Below are positions 8,762-10,409 of a DNA stretch of 10,409 nucleotides, in pieces. The DNA is from Oculatellaceae cyanobacterium bins.114. Its GTDB lineage: Bacteria; Cyanobacteriota; Cyanobacteriia; Elainellales; Elainellaceae. Location of the stretch: assembly GCA_033764315.1 (NCBI GenBank), contig JANRJA010000209.1, forward strand, positions 1 to 10,409, read 5' to 3'. Numbering within the stretch: position 1 is the first letter of the stretch; every line of letters starts with the position of its first letter. A program made the position numbers and the translations under genes. A model generated the notes under the pieces. The model searched no databases. It worked only from the letters and a program-made list of their open reading frames with translations, and was not told the DNA's origin.

Positions 8762-8985
8762 GTCAACCAACTCAGCCAATCAACTCAGTCAAACTTTTGG
8801 GAAACTCCCCCAGACCCCCTTGTAGGGGACGAAGCACGTCCCTCAGACTTCCTCCGTATGAGATCGGGGTGAGGTCAACCAACTCAGCCAACCAACTCAG
8901 CCAAACCTTGGGGGAATCCCCCAAACCCCCTTGCTGAGGGACGAAGCACGTCCCTCAGACTCCCTCCGCATGAGATCGGGGTGAG
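8762..8985. repeat. Tandem direct repeat of a 112-bp structured unit (copies 8762-8873 and 8874-8985), probably a dispersed miniature element
   Basis: Both copies begin GTCAACCAACTCAGCCAA and end ATGAGATCGGGGTGAG and differ by scattered substitutions and indels. Internal hairpins in copy 2: TTGGGGG-AAT-CCCCCAA and CTGAGGGACG-AAGCA-CGTCCCTCAG. Each unit opens with a 13-bp internal duplication (CAACCAACTCAGC). Confidence 0.9.
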
Positions 8986-9146
8986 TTCGCACAAGGCGCG
9001 TCGCATCTGTCCCCCGTACGCGACCTCTGCTGCTGTAACTCTATAGGTTTAGGGTGGCTTAATCCCTAAATAATTGAGGTGTCAACTGTAAACCTTACAG
9101 CAGACAGCTCAGGTTTGAACCCACACCATAGTTAAATAGGGACTTA

Positions 9147-9249
9147 TTCCCCTTTTTTCTTTTTTTTTCTTTTTTTTTCCCTTTTCATCCTTCATCCTTC
9201 ATCCTTTATCTTTTATCCTTCTCTTCTTTTTTTCTTCTTCTTTTTTCTT
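9147..9249 (+). repeat. Pyrimidine-rich low-complexity tract with heptamer repeats (TTCATCC x3 plus TTTATCT and TTTATCC)
   Basis: About 100 nt with no G and few A on the + strand. STRR-like 7-mer array at 9184-9218. Confidence 0.85.
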
Positions 9250-10080
9250 ATGCCCTCCCTCCCTCCCCTTGACCCAAATCTCGATGTCACGCAAAACCAT
9301 TATTGGAGCTATCACGGTTTAGATACGCTGCTGAGTTGTAAGCAACCTCTCACGGCTTCTAAAGATGAGGATCTGTTTATTACGGTGCATCAAATCTGTG
9401 AACTGGCATTTCACCAAATGATTCTTGATATGGAACGGGTGCTGGATGCGGTGGCGATCGCCCTCCAAGATACTTCAGACCTCATCATGGGTGACACCCA
9501 TGAAGCTTGCTATTTTTTGGCACGAGTCCTTAAGCTCTATGAGGTGACGGTGACAACGATGCCTATTTTGACAACGATGCGGGCGTTTGCTGAGTTTCGC
9601 ACGACGATTGGTCCCACGAGTGGCTTTCAATCATTTCAATTTCGCCATCTTGAAATCATGAGTGGGGTTCCAAAATATTGGGAAGGCGGTACGCGGGATG
9701 CTAAGGGCAACTTGCATGTGGCTGAAACTGAATTTGAGCGACGCTATGGGGCACAAATTGCAGAATGGTGCGATCGCCACCAATATCACAGCCTGACTTA
9801 CTACTACAATCTCTTGTTGCAACGGGCAATAGCTCCGTCAATTGAGGAAAAACTGAGCATTCTCCTGTCACATCCCCACGCTCATCCACTGCTTAAGCAA
9901 CTGCTGAGCTATGATCTGCTGCAAACTCGGTTTCATCGGGCGCATTTGGGGTTAGCCGCGCAACAACTTAAATTGGTTGGAGCCGATGTCGGAACGGGTG
10001 GCACCTCGTTTCGGCAGTATCTCGCTAAATATGAAGCCGAATTGGCACCGCTGTTTCCAGGGTTGGAGTCAAACGGGTGA
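9250..10080 (+). CDS. Tryptophan 2,3-dioxygenase family heme protein (divergent KynA/TDO-like)
   Basis: Y..Y.GLDTLLSCKQP, EDLFITVHQICEL (distal His47), F.EFR, SGFQSFQFRHLE, RAH (candidate proximal His232), GTGGTS loop, LFP.L C-terminus. Confidence 0.85.
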   Translation: MPSLPPLDPNLDVTQNHYWSYHGLDTLLSCKQPLTASKDEDLFITVHQICELAFHQMILDMERVLDAVAIALQDTSDLIMGDTHEACYFLARVLKLYEVTVTTMPILTTMRAFAEFRTTIGPTSGFQSFQFRHLEIMSGVPKYWEGGTRDAKGNLHVAETEFERRYGAQIAEWCDRHQYHSLTYYYNLLLQRAIAPSIEEKLSILLSHPHAHPLLKQLLSYDLLQTRFHRAHLGLAAQQLKLVGADVGTGGTSFRQYLAKYEAELAPLFPGLESNG

Positions 10081-10145
10081 GATAAGAAAACAGGCGGTCG
10101 TGCTCTAAAAGTAACGTGATGGACAACAGTTAGAATTGCCTGGTA

Positions 10146-10274
10146 TTACCCAAAATAATTTGCCACTGCCAACACGCCTGCTCTAGCGTCGCCTGGGTTA
10201 AGCGCAATGCCTGTGACATTCACCACTAGATCCTGACCGGGAGTGAATCCGGCGCGATTGTCGTTAACCACTAG
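10146..10274 (-). pseudogene. 3' remnant of a bluetail-domain putative surface protein gene, cut off by IS insertion
   Basis: LVVNDNRAGFTPGQDLVVNVTGIALNPGDARAGVLAVANYFG* resembles the C-terminus of cyanobacterial bluetail domains (L.iND...GF....D.vi.vTG ... F). The resemblance stops abruptly at CTAG 10271-10274. Confidence 0.65.
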
Positions 10275-10409
10275 ACTTAATCGGAAATAAGGGGGATGGG
10301 ACAAAAACGGAAATCTCCTTCGGAAATCGTTATCTAAGCAACTGCAATCTTTCGGTGTGTCAAGCGAAAGTTGTGCAGCCCACAAGCTGTTTCCATCACA
10401 TCATCGGCA
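10272..10409 (-). mobile_element. Downstream end of an IS5-family (ISL2/IS702-like) insertion sequence, running off the window; boundary +/-3 bp
   Basis: Transposase C-terminus at 10334-10408 (-), followed about 60 bp later by a candidate terminal IR (TA)GACTTAATCGGAAATAAGGGGG on the + strand, abutting the broken host gene. The partner IR is outside the window. Confidence 0.7.
10334..10408 (-). CDS. Transposase C-terminal fragment (DDE_Tnp_4 / IS5 family), not in the ORF track
   Basis: Manual translation of the minus strand from 10408 gives ADDVMETACGLHNFRLTHRKIAVA* (TAG at 10334-10336). ACGLHNFR is the typical C-terminal motif of DDE_Tnp_4 transposases. Confidence 0.75.
   Translation of the reverse strand, partial: ADDVMETACGLHNFRLTHRKIAVA

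Larger units (their letters stand above)
283..9777. repeat. HIP1 octamers (GCGATCGC) dispersed through the window
   Basis: About 19 perfect copies by manual count (e.g. 283, 1005, 1255, 2943, 3123, 4892, 5103, 6138, 6822, 7292, 7683, 8253, 9454, 9770) plus many near matches. This is a cyanobacterial signature. Confidence 0.9.

Noticed and set aside
8689..8937. 82-aa + strand ORF with an internal repeat
   Set aside because: It is a translation of the DNA repeat and the truB antisense strand.
8762..8985. 112-bp repeats as a CRISPR array
   Set aside because: Only two long units, no unique spacers and no cas genes in the window.
8970..9150. Trp-rich leader peptide (TnaC/TrpL-like) upstream of the TDO-like gene
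   Set aside because: The ATG at 8970 gives only MRSG*, and the GTG frame at 8981 has no Trp codon.
9631..9889. Minus-strand ORFs inside the TDO-like gene
   Set aside because: Antisense shadows.
10146..10385. 79-aa ORF as an intact gene
   Set aside because: Appears to be a chimera of IS-end sequence and a bluetail C-terminal remnant.

Overview
Cyanobacterial chromosomal window (about 19 HIP1 GCGATCGC octamers by manual count). In order: 3' part of adhE with an intrinsic terminator; an acetate-CoA-ligase/GNAT fusion gene; a convergent DUF1830 gene; a cysteine desulfurase (IscS type) with an apparent ~9-aa in-frame insertion near its C-terminus; a 67-bp inverted-repeat element; an archaeal-like amidohydrolase; a probable 6S RNA (ssaA/ssrS) missed by the ORF track; truB; a complex intergenic region (2 x 112-bp structured tandem repeat, a possible multi-stem RNA or operator, a long pyrimidine tract); an orphan, divergent tryptophan 2,3-dioxygenase-family gene; and, at the right edge, the end of an IS5-family (ISL2-like) element apparently inserted into the 3' end of a bluetail-domain surface protein gene. 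All family assignments come from recognising motifs by eye, not from database searches. No complete novel multi-gene system can be shown from the sequence alone. The best candidate is the TDO-like gene with its structured upstream region.
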